This document shows, one piece after another, positions 27,497-36,048 of a stretch of 64,000 nt of DNA (position 1 is its first letter; each line of letters opens with the position of its first letter). The position numbers and the translations under genes were made by a program. Under the pieces are notes generated by a model. The model was not told the origin of the DNA. It was given only the letters and a program-made list of their open reading frames with translations, and made no database searches. Origin of the DNA: Vicinamibacteria bacterium (lineage in GTDB: Bacteria; Acidobacteriota; Vicinamibacteria; Vicinamibacterales; JAENWD01); the NCBI GenBank assembly GCA_963743245.1, contig CAVUPP010000010.1, positions 128,910-192,909 on the forward strand, given 5' to 3'.

Positions 27497-28264
27497 TTAT
27501 TGCGAGTTGCGGTACGGCGAAGCGATGGTCACCCCGGCCGACTCGAGCGCGCGCCGGATGGCAGCCGCAATCGGCACAGCGTCGGGAGTATCGCCATGGA
27601 TGCACAGCGTGTCGGCCTCAACGTGAATCACAGTACCGTCGGCCGCGTCGACGAGCCCCTCGCGTGCGAGTCGTATCGCGCGCTGCGCGGCTGCATCCGG
27701 CTCCCGGATCACGCTGCCAGTCGAACCGCGAGGAACGAGCGTCCCGTCCTGCTGGTATCCCCTGTCGGCAAATGCTTCGGCGACGACGTGAAGACCCGCA
27801 CGGCGGCCGGCCGCGAGCAGCTCGGAGCCAGCCAGACCAACGAGCGCCAGCTGACTGTCCATTGCGCGCACGGCGCAGGCGATGGCGTCCGCAAGGGCCG
27901 TGTCGGTCGCAGCCGCGTTGTAGAGCGCGCCGTGCGGCTTGACGTGAGTGAGGACGAACCCCTCGGCGCGCGCGACGCCGGCGAGTGCGGCGACCTGATA
28001 GAGGACGAGATCCTCGAGCTCAGCGGGCGCAAGGCGCATCGTGCGGCGACCGAAACCCTGGCGATCCGGGTAAGAGGGGTGCGCGCCGAGCGCGAGACCG
28101 AGGGCACCGGCTGCGCGAATCGTGCGGCGGATAACGGTCGGATCACCCGCGTGGACGCCGCAGGCAATATTGACTGACGTCACCAGCGGAAACAGCCGGT
28201 CATCGTCGCCGAGCGTCCAGGCCCCGAAAGATTCGCCGACGTCGGCGTTCAGGTCCAGACGCAC
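27497..28264 (-). CDS. pxpA: 5-oxoprolinase subunit A (LamB/YcsF family)
   Basis: Track ORF, 255 aa. MRLDLNADVGESFG, ACGVHAGDP and HVKPHGALYN are characteristic of LamB/YcsF. Confidence 0.9.
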   Translation of the reverse strand: MRLDLNADVGESFGAWTLGDDDRLFPLVTSVNIACGVHAGDPTVIRRTIRAAGALGLALGAHPSYPDRQGFGRRTMRLAPAELEDLVLYQVAALAGVARAEGFVLTHVKPHGALYNAAATDTALADAIACAVRAMDSQLALVGLAGSELLAAGRRAGLHVVAEAFADRGYQQDGTLVPRGSTGSVIREPDAAAQRAIRLAREGLVDAADGTVIHVEADTLCIHGDTPDAVPIAAAIRRALESAGVTIASPYRNSQ

Positions 28265-28287
28265 GGATTCATCCGGAAGAAACGTAC

Positions 28288-28318
28288 AAAGAAAAAGGGC
28301 ACCGCTGCCGCGATGCCC
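28288..28318 (-). terminator. Intrinsic terminator (9-bp stem, GGCA tetraloop, U5 tract) on the minus strand
   Basis: The minus strand reads GGGCATCGC-GGCA-GCGGTGCCC followed by TTTTTCTTTG. It lies 24 nt upstream of the pxpA start and about 195 nt downstream of the DGQHR gene stop. Confidence 0.7.
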
Positions 28319-28393
28319 TTATCTATCACCGGCCCGGCTCCCCAGCACAATCACGGCGCCCTTGCCGTAATCTTCGAACCGGCGACGCCGCAT
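28319..28393 (-). CDS. Candidate 24-codon leader ORF MRRRRFEDYGKGAVIVLGSRAGDR
   Basis: My own translation. The ATG is at 28391-28393 and the TAA stop abuts the 5' arm of the terminator stem. There is no convincing Shine-Dalgarno sequence, so this call is speculative. Confidence 0.2.
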   Translation of the reverse strand: MRRRRFEDYGKGAVIVLGSRAGDR

Positions 28394-28513
28394 AACTTAG
28401 CAACCCACGTGCCGTCAGTATATAGGCCGGATCATGCGTTTCAGGCCCGTTCCAAGGTACGCAGACTGTGACGGCGGTTACAACGATGTCAATCCTACAC
28501 TATGACGGCAAAG

Positions 28514-29644
28514 TTACACGGCAGCACCTTCAGGATACTGAAGAGCCAAGCGCAACTCTCGAGCTAGTCCTTCGACCGTGCTGCCGTTCCGTTTCCACGC
28601 GCCGTCAGTCTCGAAACGCAAGTCGCCAATGCGCCGGCCCCACGGAGCGATGACCCTGCCGATGGCGCGGAAGTCCGTCCGGTCGGCACGCTCCTGATCC
28701 AATCGACGGACCACATCCGGCGCGACCCGGATGAACGCACGAAGCGCCGGTGCCGTGCGGATGCTGTATTTCCGCCCGTTCCAGGCCGCGTTGAACACGA
28801 GCGCGATCTGTTTGAAGTAGTTGACGAAGAACCGCGTGGATTCCTCGCGGAACTCTTCGTGCTTCCGTGCGGCGCCGAACGCCTCGGCGGCAAACAGCTT
28901 TTTCAGCTCCTGCGCGATCGGCGCCTGCGCGACCTTGCCGCGTCCCACACCCAGCAGCTTGATGTTGCCGTGCAATGCGGAACCTTCGCGCTCGTTCAGC
29001 GCGCGCACGACGTCATGCGCCGCCGCCAGATTCTCGTCGCGATACAGCTGACGCCCCGAGAGCGAGACCAGATGCGAGGCGTTGAGCCGCGTGTGCTTGG
29101 CGTTGATCGTGACGAACATCTGCACGATGTGATCTTCGGGCAGTTGGTCGAAGATGATGGCCGGCACCGTGAAGCGCTCGTCGCCGAAGGATTCGAGCGC
29201 CGCGTGCAGCGCCAGCAGGCGGTGCTGTCCGTCGATCGCGCGGAGGATGCCTTCACGCTCCGGCACTTTCAACGTGCCCACCAGGCTGGCCTCGGTAGCC
29301 GGCTCGAACCGAAGGCGCTCATCGCACGAAATGATGACGGCGCCCGCGATCGATGGCAGATCGCGCGCCTGCCGGCACTGCTCGTAGTACTGCACCAGCT
29401 CTTCGATCTTCCGCCGGATGATCTGACGCTGATACGACCTCTCGCTCGACGCGATCCGGCGTTCGAGCAGGTCCCAGTTGATCTTCGCCGCCGGACGGCG
29501 GCCGCCCCGCACCGGCTGGTGGGCCTGGTCCCCGTAGCGCAGGACTTCGAACCGGACCAGCTTATCGATGTCGTTGGCAGTGAGCGAGGCCTGGTAGAAC
29601 TGCACACCGAATTGCTGCATGCGGATGGCCGCAACATTGATCAT
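28514..29644 (-). CDS. DGQHR-domain protein (DndB/DpdB-like, ParB/Srx fold)
   Basis: Track ORF 28514..29686. The literal motif is ILRAIDGQHRLLAL, with FVTINAKHTRLNASH downstream. The ATG at 29644 (MINVAAIRMQQFG...) or at 29686 could be the start. Confidence 0.8.
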   Translation of the reverse strand: MINVAAIRMQQFGVQFYQASLTANDIDKLVRFEVLRYGDQAHQPVRGGRRPAAKINWDLLERRIASSERSYQRQIIRRKIEELVQYYEQCRQARDLPSIAGAVIISCDERLRFEPATEASLVGTLKVPEREGILRAIDGQHRLLALHAALESFGDERFTVPAIIFDQLPEDHIVQMFVTINAKHTRLNASHLVSLSGRQLYRDENLAAAHDVVRALNEREGSALHGNIKLLGVGRGKVAQAPIAQELKKLFAAEAFGAARKHEEFREESTRFFVNYFKQIALVFNAAWNGRKYSIRTAPALRAFIRVAPDVVRRLDQERADRTDFRAIGRVIAPWGRRIGDLRFETDGAWKRNGSTVEGLARELRLALQYPEGAAV

Positions 29645-29747
29645 GGCGTAGTCCGTACGGCTCCCCCGGGGGGAGTCCCGGGGCATGCTGAATCGGCAGA
29701 TTCTACTGGCGGGACGCGCGGAATCTCAACCGCCTGCCCCAACCAGC

Positions 29748-30851
29748 TCAGCCAGCCGTGGTCGTCTGGGGGCTGGAACCGCCAAAACCAGGCGCAGGAC
29801 CAAGGCGCGTCAGGATGCGATCTTTCAGCTGGATGGCGAGGAGCATCAGAACGCACAGCAAGGCGGTTCCGACCAGCGCCTGCTCCAGCGGGAGCGCACG
29901 GCGAATCGGTGTCGACAGCAGGCCGTAGACCATTTCGACGTGGATCCAATAGACAAATAAGGAGTTCCTGCCAAGCACCATCAGCGGGCTCCAGCCATGC
30001 CGCCAGGGACGCAGGTCCCACAGATAGGCGACCGCCAGACCGGCGGTCAAAACTCCTGCTCGCAGCATGAAGAAAGTCGGCGACGTCGTCCAGAACCGGG
30101 ACTCAGGATAGAGCGTCGGCTGGAACGAGAAGCCATAGCCAGCGACCGCCAGGGTGAAACCCGCTACGGCGAACCCGATGGCAGCCAGGCCCAGCCGGCC
30201 GCCGCGCCAGGCAGCGGACACAACGAGACCGGCCACCGCGCCAGCCGGGACGAATCCGCTCCACGGGAAGAAGGCAAAGTTCGTCCGACCTGGCAGGGGC
30301 CGGACATACGCCTCCACGGCGTCGGGAAGGGCCGCCAGGGCGGAGGAGGTGCGAACGAGCGGCGTCACCATGGCGATGGCCATGGTCGCCACAGTCAACA
30401 AACCAATGCGTCCGGCGCGCGTCCGACCGAACTGCCAGAGCCAGGCAACCAGGACAATCGCGGGGCCCATCACGTTCAGGATGTCCACTTTCAGCAGGCC
30501 GTCGATCCTGGAGCCGGGATTGAGCAGGTAGGACTGGAGTCGGAAGAGAAACGCGAGGCCGAAGATTTCCCATCCGCGCCGCCGAACCGAGCGCGAGGCC
30601 GCCACCACATCACCGCTTCGCCGGACGCGCGACTCCGCAGCCAGCGTCGCCGCGACACCGGCGAGGAAAAGAAACAGCGGCGCGCCCATGCCGCCGACGA
30701 TCAGGGCGCGGCCGAATTCGAGCGTGTGACGATCTGCGTTCTGCGTCCACGCATCGACGGTGTGGGCTTCGATCATCACCACGACGGCGATGCCGCGGAA
30801 CCAGTCAAGCCAGTCGAGGCGCGACCCGGTAGCAGGAACAGAATCTGGCAC
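29748..30851 (-). CDS. DUF1624 / heparan-alpha-glucosaminide N-acetyltransferase-like membrane acyltransferase
   Basis: Track ORF 29748..30932. RLDWLDWFRGIAVVVMIEAH and about 9 TM segments. The in-frame GTG at 30849-30851 avoids overlap with the upstream OsmC gene. Confidence 0.65.
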   Translation of the reverse strand: MPDSVPATGSRLDWLDWFRGIAVVVMIEAHTVDAWTQNADRHTLEFGRALIVGGMGAPLFLFLAGVAATLAAESRVRRSGDVVAASRSVRRRGWEIFGLAFLFRLQSYLLNPGSRIDGLLKVDILNVMGPAIVLVAWLWQFGRTRAGRIGLLTVATMAIAMVTPLVRTSSALAALPDAVEAYVRPLPGRTNFAFFPWSGFVPAGAVAGLVVSAAWRGGRLGLAAIGFAVAGFTLAVAGYGFSFQPTLYPESRFWTTSPTFFMLRAGVLTAGLAVAYLWDLRPWRHGWSPLMVLGRNSLFVYWIHVEMVYGLLSTPIRRALPLEQALVGTALLCVLMLLAIQLKDRILTRLGPAPGFGGSSPQTTTAG

Positions 30852-30865
30852 CGCGCTGGCTCCAG

Positions 30866-31282
30866 CTAGGATGGCCGCGTGGCGATGCTGGTGGTCACAT
30901 CGAGCGGAATATCCTCGCGCAGCGAGTTCCACACCGAACAGTACTTGTCACGGGACAACTGCAGGGCGCGATCGAGCTGGGCCTGCGGGATCGTTCCCGC
31001 GAGCTCGAAGGCCATGTGCACGCGGGTGAGCCGGTGCGGCTCGGTCTGCGCACGCTCGCCTGTGAAGCGTACTCGACAAGCGTCCACCTCGAGGCGTGAT
31101 CGCGTGAGAATGTGGACCACGTCAACCGCCATGCAGCTGGCCGCCGCCGCGGCCAGCAGCTCCACTGGTGAGACGCCCGCTTTGCCGTTCCCGTCGGTGA
31201 CGATCGATCGGCCACCGGTTGCGTCAACACGAAAGACCAGGTCGCCCGTCCACTCGAGTGAGATCGACGTTGGAAACTTCAT
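30866..31282 (-). CDS. OsmC/Ohr family peroxiredoxin-like protein
   Basis: Track ORF, 138 aa. PVELLAAAAASCMAVDV and LSRDKYCSVWNSL carry the two conserved Cys contexts of OsmC. Confidence 0.8.
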   Translation of the reverse strand: MKFPTSISLEWTGDLVFRVDATGGRSIVTDGNGKAGVSPVELLAAAAASCMAVDVVHILTRSRLEVDACRVRFTGERAQTEPHRLTRVHMAFELAGTIPQAQLDRALQLSRDKYCSVWNSLREDIPLDVTTSIATRPS

Positions 31283-31358
31283 CGGTCTACAGTCTTCGGT
31301 CTACAGTCTACGGTTGCTCGTCGGTGCCTGCAGACCGCAGACCCGCAGACCGTAGACT
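31283..31358. repeat. Inverted 7-nt-period array (ggtctac/agtcttc ... gcagacc/gtagact)
   Basis: Read directly, between the OsmC start (31282) and the M14 peptidase stop (31362). Confidence 0.7.
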
Positions 31359-31361
31359 GAA

Positions 31362-33998
31362 TCAGTATGCCGGTCCAAGCAGGACCGCGTTGGCAAACAG
31401 CAGCTCCGTCGCTTCGGTGAACGCCCGGAAGTTGGGATCCTCGGCGAACGCCACCAGGTGACCGCGGCCAACTGGCTCTTCAATCAGAAAGGCCTTCTGC
31501 GCGAGGCTCTCGCGAGCTTCATCCCATACGAGTCCGCCGGCCACCAGGCGATCCTTTGCGGCATACAGGCCGACATTGCGGCCTTTGTCGAGCTTGATCG
31601 GAGCAAATACGCGCTGACCTTCGACGAGCGCCGCCGTCTCGCTCTCGTTGCCGGCACTCAACCAGTGTTCGTTGTCGAGCGTCACGCGAAGCACCGCGCC
31701 CGGCGTGTTCTCGGGCTGCTCGTGCTCCGGAGCAATCGCCTTCTCGAGGTCGTACGGCCGCGGCGGTTCCTGCGGCTTCTTGTCCTTGTCGGTCGCATCG
31801 ATGTCGGGCTTGCCATCGCGCAGCTCGGTGTGCGTGTCGAGCAGTCCGACTTTCTCACCTGTCGCCCATCGTGACGCATCGGCGATCGTGATGAGCGTCC
31901 CGCCACCGCGCATCCACTCCTTCAGATGACGCACTTGTTCCTCGCCGAGCGCCGACCCGTAGTTGCCCGATGGGATCACGATGACGTCAAAGGAGGTGAG
32001 CTCCACCCGGCCGATCGCGCTCACGCGCACGACGGTGACGGCCTGTCGAAATCGCCGCTCCAGGACGAACCGCGCCCAGCCTGCCGACTGCGAGTAGGTC
32101 GGCGTGTCCCACAACAGGAGGACGCGCGGCGCTTTCAACGTCACGACATCACCGCTCCCGAGCGACGGCCCCTGGTCAACCCACCCTGTGTCGATCGGCA
32201 CCACTTCGACGCCCGGAGCGGACGCCACGAGAGCGCCGAACTTCTCGAGCGCCGTCTGGTCGTTATCCGAGAGTCGAACGATGGCGGTGCCGGCCGTGTA
32301 TTTCCGGCCCCCCAGAGTGAACGCTTCGGTCACGTGTCGAATTCGGACGCCCGCCGCAAGCGCCTGGGCGACAAGGCCAGCGGCGTCGAATCCCCATGGC
32401 ACCAGATAGCCAACCTTCGCAGCCGGCAGCCGCCGCGCTGCGGGCGGCGCCGTCGCCAGCGGCGTGGCTCGCACTGACACCGCGCGATCGACGGCGGCGA
32501 CCTCGACGCCCGACAACAGCGGCAAGCTCCACCCGGTGACGTCGTAGAACTGATCGCTCATGCGGTTGCGCCGGCGACGATCCTGCTCCTTCACGAAGGT
32601 TTCAGGCTGCGGCACGTGGGCCTCCAGCAGGTTCCGCACCAGGCGTCCGGCGGGTTGCGCGGCCGAGACGAGGAAGGCGCCCGCCGGGATCGTTTTGCTC
32701 GATGGCAGCGTGAACGGTTCCGAGGTCTGCCGCACCTCGATCCCCTGCAGAACCAGCAGCTCCGCAAGGCGGCGCGCTCTCGACGGATCGCGCCCGGGCA
32801 CGAGGACGTAGTCGTGTGGCGTGGTTCTTTCGCCATCGGCCACCGCACTTCGCCTGTACTCCAGGTAGTCGCGCAGCAGCTGCTCCCGATGCGCCGCCGC
32901 CGTCTGCATGGTCGTCACTGCCGCGGTGAAGTGCTGGACGACGCCGTCGCGATAGGTGAGGAAGGTGCCGTCACGCCGGCGGTACACCAGACCTCGTGCG
33001 GATGACTTCTCGTACGTCATGCCGACCGCACCGTTGTAAATGGGCCACGACTCGCCGTACCCGGGATAGAACGAGTCGTACAGCTCGCGGATGAAGTACG
33101 GAAATCCTCGTGCGTCGAATCGAGCGGCGTTGGCGCGGCCGAAGGCCTCGAGCCAGCCGGCCTGCGTCTTCGTGATGTAGGGATTCAGCGGATCGGCCGG
33201 CGGCGCGAAGTAGTACGTGGATTCGCCGCCCATCTCGTGCAGGTCAACGACGACGTGCGGGTGCCACGTGAGTCCGACCTTGATGCGTCCGATCGTTTCA
33301 GGCTGCGACTGCGCGAACCAGTCACGGTTCATGTCGAACAGGTAGTGATTCGATCGGCCGCCGGGCCACGGCTCGTCGTGCTCGGCAGATGCGGGATTCG
33401 GATCGGGATCGGCCGCGCGTCCGAGCAGCGTCTGCGACACGAAGCGTGCGCGCCCGTCCGGGTTCTGGAGTGGATCGATCAGGACGACGGCGTCTTTGCG
33501 CACCGCATCCATCGCGGGATCGCGCTCCGCGGCCAGCAGGTGGTACGCCTCGAAGAGTGCGGCATCGCACGAGGAGATCTCGTTGCCGTGCACGGCATGC
33601 ATGAGCCAGACGACGACCGGCAGCCTTGCGATGAGACGGTCCGCCTCGGCTGGTGCGAGCCCGCGAGGATCGGCGAATCGCGTCAGGTCAGCCGTGAGCT
33701 GATCGAGCGATGCGATGCGCTCCGGTGACGCGATGATGAACAGGTAGAGCGGACGGCCCTCCCAGGTGCGGGCGTACTCGACGAGACGGGTCCGGTCGGG
33801 CGCAGCATCGTGCAACGCCTTCAAATAGATGGCGATGCCCTCTGGCGTCGTGATCTCAGCGCCCGGCTCGTATCCGAGGACCTGCTTCAGCGTGGGGATA
33901 GCGGGTGAATATGTGGACCCTGGCGCCAGTTCTTCCGCCTTGGCGGAACCGGCAAGACACGAAAGGGCAACCAGCAGGCAGACGACGCGAACGGACAA
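31362..33998 (-). CDS. Exported M14-family zinc carboxypeptidase-like protein (large, multi-domain)
   Basis: In track ORF 31362..34895, only the C-terminal roughly 878 aa are credible. A TTG at 33996-33998 precedes the signal peptide LSVRVVCLLVALSCLAGSAKA. The M14 zinc motif context is WLMHAVHGNEISS. The upstream part overlaps the divergent VWA gene. Confidence 0.75.
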   Translation of the reverse strand: MSVRVVCLLVALSCLAGSAKAEELAPGSTYSPAIPTLKQVLGYEPGAEITTPEGIAIYLKALHDAAPDRTRLVEYARTWEGRPLYLFIIASPERIASLDQLTADLTRFADPRGLAPAEADRLIARLPVVVWLMHAVHGNEISSCDAALFEAYHLLAAERDPAMDAVRKDAVVLIDPLQNPDGRARFVSQTLLGRAADPDPNPASAEHDEPWPGGRSNHYLFDMNRDWFAQSQPETIGRIKVGLTWHPHVVVDLHEMGGESTYYFAPPADPLNPYITKTQAGWLEAFGRANAARFDARGFPYFIRELYDSFYPGYGESWPIYNGAVGMTYEKSSARGLVYRRRDGTFLTYRDGVVQHFTAAVTTMQTAAAHREQLLRDYLEYRRSAVADGERTTPHDYVLVPGRDPSRARRLAELLVLQGIEVRQTSEPFTLPSSKTIPAGAFLVSAAQPAGRLVRNLLEAHVPQPETFVKEQDRRRRNRMSDQFYDVTGWSLPLLSGVEVAAVDRAVSVRATPLATAPPAARRLPAAKVGYLVPWGFDAAGLVAQALAAGVRIRHVTEAFTLGGRKYTAGTAIVRLSDNDQTALEKFGALVASAPGVEVVPIDTGWVDQGPSLGSGDVVTLKAPRVLLLWDTPTYSQSAGWARFVLERRFRQAVTVVRVSAIGRVELTSFDVIVIPSGNYGSALGEEQVRHLKEWMRGGGTLITIADASRWATGEKVGLLDTHTELRDGKPDIDATDKDKKPQEPPRPYDLEKAIAPEHEQPENTPGAVLRVTLDNEHWLSAGNESETAALVEGQRVFAPIKLDKGRNVGLYAAKDRLVAGGLVWDEARESLAQKAFLIEEPVGRGHLVAFAEDPNFRAFTEATELLFANAVLLGPAY

Positions 33999-34094
33999 GA
34001 CGGCCTCCGGGGAACGAACGTCTAAAGATGGATGATTTGCCGGCCCAAGTATAGCCGTCGGGACGGAGCCGACGCTCGTGCTAAGCTCCATTTC

Positions 34095-35030
34095 ATGACT
34101 CGCCTGCGCGTTTTTCTGCTCGCTGTCGTTGCGTCGGTCGCCGTCGCCAGCGGAGCCGGTCGTGCGCAGGGGCAGGCCCAGGGGCAGGCACCGCCTCAGG
34201 GGCCGACGTTCAAGACAGGCACGCAGCTGGTGCCGGTCTACGTGACCGTGACAGACCCCGAACGACACCTCGTCGCCGATCTGATCAAGGACGACTTCGA
34301 CGTCCTCGACAATGGCAAGCCCGTGCCGATCGTGCTGTTCGACGCGGAGGTGCAGCCGATCTCGGTCGTCACGATGCTCGACACGAGCGGCAGCATGACA
34401 GGCAGCCTCGATCTGTTGAAAGCCGCCGCTGAACAGTTCCTGATCCGCCTGCTGCCACACGATCGCGGCATGGTCGGCGCGTTCAACGACAAGATTCAGT
34501 TCGTATCGCCGTTGACGTCGGATCGAGACGATCTGGTGAGCTCGCTGCAGGACATCGGCTTCGGCAATCCCACGCGTCTGTACGACGCAATCGACGCGTC
34601 GCTCGAACAGCTCAAGCCGATCGAGGGCCGGCGCGTCGTGCTCATCTTCACGGACGGTGATGACACGTTCAGCAAGATCGGATCGGGGACGGTGCTCGAC
34701 CGAGCGCGCACTGACGAAGTGATGATCTATTCGATCGGCCTGCAGAGCGTGTACTTCAACGGCCAGCGCCAGGTGCGAACCCAGCCCGATCGCATTCTGA
34801 AGAAGTTGTCGGACGAGACCGGTGGCGGTTACTTCGAGTTGAAACGGACCGACGATCTGGGTCCGACCTTCACGCGCGTGGCTCAGGAGCTGCACAGCCA
34901 GTACTCACTGGCGTTTGCACCCGCAGCCGACGGCAAAGTGCACAAGCTCGAAGTCGTGGTGAAGCGGCCCGGGATGACCGCCCGCGCCCGGCGCAGCTAT
35001 CAGGCGCCTGGCGCCAAGGCCACACAATAG
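34095..35030 (+). CDS. Exported von Willebrand factor type A (VWA) domain protein
   Basis: ATG at 34095 and signal MTRLRVFLLAVVASVAVASGA. The MIDAS motif is MLDTSGSM, with FTDGDD downstream. Confidence 0.8.
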   Translation: MTRLRVFLLAVVASVAVASGAGRAQGQAQGQAPPQGPTFKTGTQLVPVYVTVTDPERHLVADLIKDDFDVLDNGKPVPIVLFDAEVQPISVVTMLDTSGSMTGSLDLLKAAAEQFLIRLLPHDRGMVGAFNDKIQFVSPLTSDRDDLVSSLQDIGFGNPTRLYDAIDASLEQLKPIEGRRVVLIFTDGDDTFSKIGSGTVLDRARTDEVMIYSIGLQSVYFNGQRQVRTQPDRILKKLSDETGGGYFELKRTDDLGPTFTRVAQELHSQYSLAFAPAADGKVHKLEVVVKRPGMTARARRSYQAPGAKATQ

Positions 35031-35114
35031 CCGGTACACGGAGGAATGCATTCACCGGGCATTCACTCCGCGACCGCGTTGTTCTGGGGTGTCGTGCGAG
35101 CGAAGCTGGACGAG

Positions 35115-35207
35115 CTAGGCGAGGACGGCAGCGACGAGCACGAGCGCGAGCAACAGAGCAGTCACCAGTTCTGCACTGCCTGAGAACGTCCAATCAAAGC
35201 GACTCAT
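35115..35207 (-). CDS. Candidate 30-aa hydrophobic peptide MSRFDWTFSGSAELVTALLLALVLVAAVLA
   Basis: My own translation. GGAGGTG lies 5 nt upstream of the ATG (35205-35207), and there is one predicted TM helix. It is too short for the ORF track and unsupported beyond its SD sequence and hydrophobicity. Confidence 0.3.
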   Translation of the reverse strand: MSRFDWTFSGSAELVTALLLALVLVAAVLA

Positions 35208-35283
35208 TGGGGCACCTCCACACGATGGTTAGACGGAGGCTGGTGATGGCTGGTTCGATGGAGAGAAGCGAATCGTCCCAGGT

Positions 35284-35940
35284 ATGACCAGTTCGCGCAA
35301 AAACGTGCTCCCGGGCCTCCTGGCCGCCGGCCTCATCCCCGTCGTCCGAGCCGAGTCGTCCGACCGCGCGGTACGCATCACCGAGGCGCTGGTCGAGGGC
35401 GGCGTCGGCAGCATCGAAATCACGATGACCGTCCCCGGGGCGTTCGACGTCATTCGAGCCGTCAGCGAGCGTTTCCGCGATCGGGTACTCGTGGGTGCCG
35501 GAACGGTGACGACGGTGGCACAACTCGAGGGTGCACTCGATGCCGGCGCGCGGTTCATCGTCTCGCCGGCGGTCGTGCCTGATGTGATCCGCGTTGCGCG
35601 TGCCCGAGACGTGGTGATGATGCCTGGTGCGTTCACGCCGACCGAGGTCCTCAACGCGTGGCAGCTCGGCGGCGACGTCATCAAGATTTTTCCTGCGAGT
35701 CACGTGGGCGGCGCATCGTATCTGCGTGCACTGAAGGGGCCGTTTCCGGACATTCCGTTCTGTCCGACGGGCGGTGTGTCGCTCGAGACGATCGCAGACT
35801 TCGTCCAGGCTGGTGCGGTGGCGGTCGGAGTTGGCGGCGAGCTCGTCTCGAAGAAGGCGATCGAAGCCAGCGATTACGCGACGCTCACCTCACTCGCGCG
35901 CCAGTTCGTCGCGGCGCTCGCCAAGGCGCGCGGCCGATAG
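35284..35940 (+). CDS. eda: 2-dehydro-3-deoxyphosphogluconate / 4-hydroxy-2-oxoglutarate aldolase
   Basis: Track ORF, 218 aa. IEITMTVPGA, GAGTV, a Schiff-base Lys context VIKIFPA and CPTGGV. Confidence 0.85.
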   Translation: MTSSRKNVLPGLLAAGLIPVVRAESSDRAVRITEALVEGGVGSIEITMTVPGAFDVIRAVSERFRDRVLVGAGTVTTVAQLEGALDAGARFIVSPAVVPDVIRVARARDVVMMPGAFTPTEVLNAWQLGGDVIKIFPASHVGGASYLRALKGPFPDIPFCPTGGVSLETIADFVQAGAVAVGVGGELVSKKAIEASDYATLTSLARQFVAALAKARGR

Positions 35941-35954
35941 ATCGGCGACGGCCT

Positions 35955-36048
35955 TTCAGGCTACGGTCTTCAGTCTGCGGTCTACGGTCTGCTTGACCCT
36001 CGACGTTTCGACTTTTCGACTTTTCGACTTTTCGACTCTTCGACTTTT
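35955..36048. repeat. Composite array (ggtct[ag]c units with 7-nt period, then cgactttt x4-5 with 8-nt period)
   Basis: Read directly, between the convergent eda (stop 35940) and HEAT-repeat gene (stop 36047). Confidence 0.7.

Noticed and set aside
33999-34895. The N-terminal 299 aa of the 1177-aa minus-strand ORF (31362..34895)
   Set aside because: This part lies antisense to the well-supported VWA gene (34095..35030), is compositionally junk, and precedes a clear signal peptide that starts at the TTG at 33998.
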